This document shows positions 63,920-64,000 of a DNA stretch of 64,000 nt, piece after piece. The position numbers were made by a program, and so were the translations under genes. This DNA is from a virus, in IMG/VR virus record IMGVR_UViG_3300021087_000857, positions 1-64,000 of that record. One strand, 5' to 3'. Positions within the stretch are counted from its first letter, which is position 1. Every line of letters starts with the position of its first letter. Below the pieces are notes generated by a model, which saw nothing but the letters and a program-made list of their open reading frames with translations, was not told the DNA's origin and searched no databases.

Positions 63920-64000
63920 TGTACGTTAATCCAATGTTAAATGATACACGCTATCCAACGTGCTTGGCACCTTGGAATGCACTCACTATTAAATGGGGCG
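63919..64000 (+). CDS. 5' fragment of a probable further twitch-domain radical SAM protein
   Basis: TAATG coupling; MYVNPMLNDTRYPTCLAPWNALTIKWG (CxxPW start); truncated by window edge. Confidence 0.6.
   Translation, partial: MYVNPMLNDTRYPTCLAPWNALTIKWG

Noticed and set aside
1-64000. tRNA/rRNA genes, introns, inteins, integrases, transposases
   Set aside because: None recognised by eye; intergenic gaps are short. tRNAscan-SE and Infernal would be needed to exclude them formally

Overview
AT-rich, gene-dense, almost entirely + strand segment that looks like part of a large T4-like/jumbo aquatic bacteriophage genome, probably infecting a Gram-negative host (inference from near-consensus sigma70 promoters, T4-like late boxes, and clamp-like, RNase H, ThyX, Tdk and MoxR/VWA genes). 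No structural genes, tRNAs, rRNAs or CRISPR arrays were recognised. The window is dominated by modification chemistry. (1) A 7-deazaguanine DNA-modification set: a TGT/DpdA-like transglycosylase directly behind a sliding-clamp-like gene, a DpdL-like T-fold protein, FolE, QueD and an insertion-bearing QueE, with no QueC in the window. It is interleaved with a GT-B glycosyltransferase, GalE, a purine PRTase and a 2OG-Fe(II) oxygenase, which suggests an undescribed, possibly glycosylated, deazaguanine hypermodification. (2) Eight complete non-QueE radical-SAM genes with SPASM/twitch domains plus the start of a probable ninth, supported by phage MetK and an MTA/SAH nucleosidase and clustered with amidinotransferase, Kdo-hydroxylase-like, carbamoyltransferase, methyltransferase and sulfotransferase-like genes. 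(3) Envelope-directed functions: a TctA/TctC transporter, a Cys/Tyr-repeat secreted protein, an S8 autotransporter-like protease broken by a short compensated frameshift, HtrA and an alginate-lyase-like protein. Several candidate cis-acting RNAs are visible: a preQ1-like pseudoknot before queD, a hairpin at the folE RBS, a 13-bp stem burying the htrA RBS and start codon, and a structured tctA leader. All family calls come from motif recognition by eye; no database searches were run.
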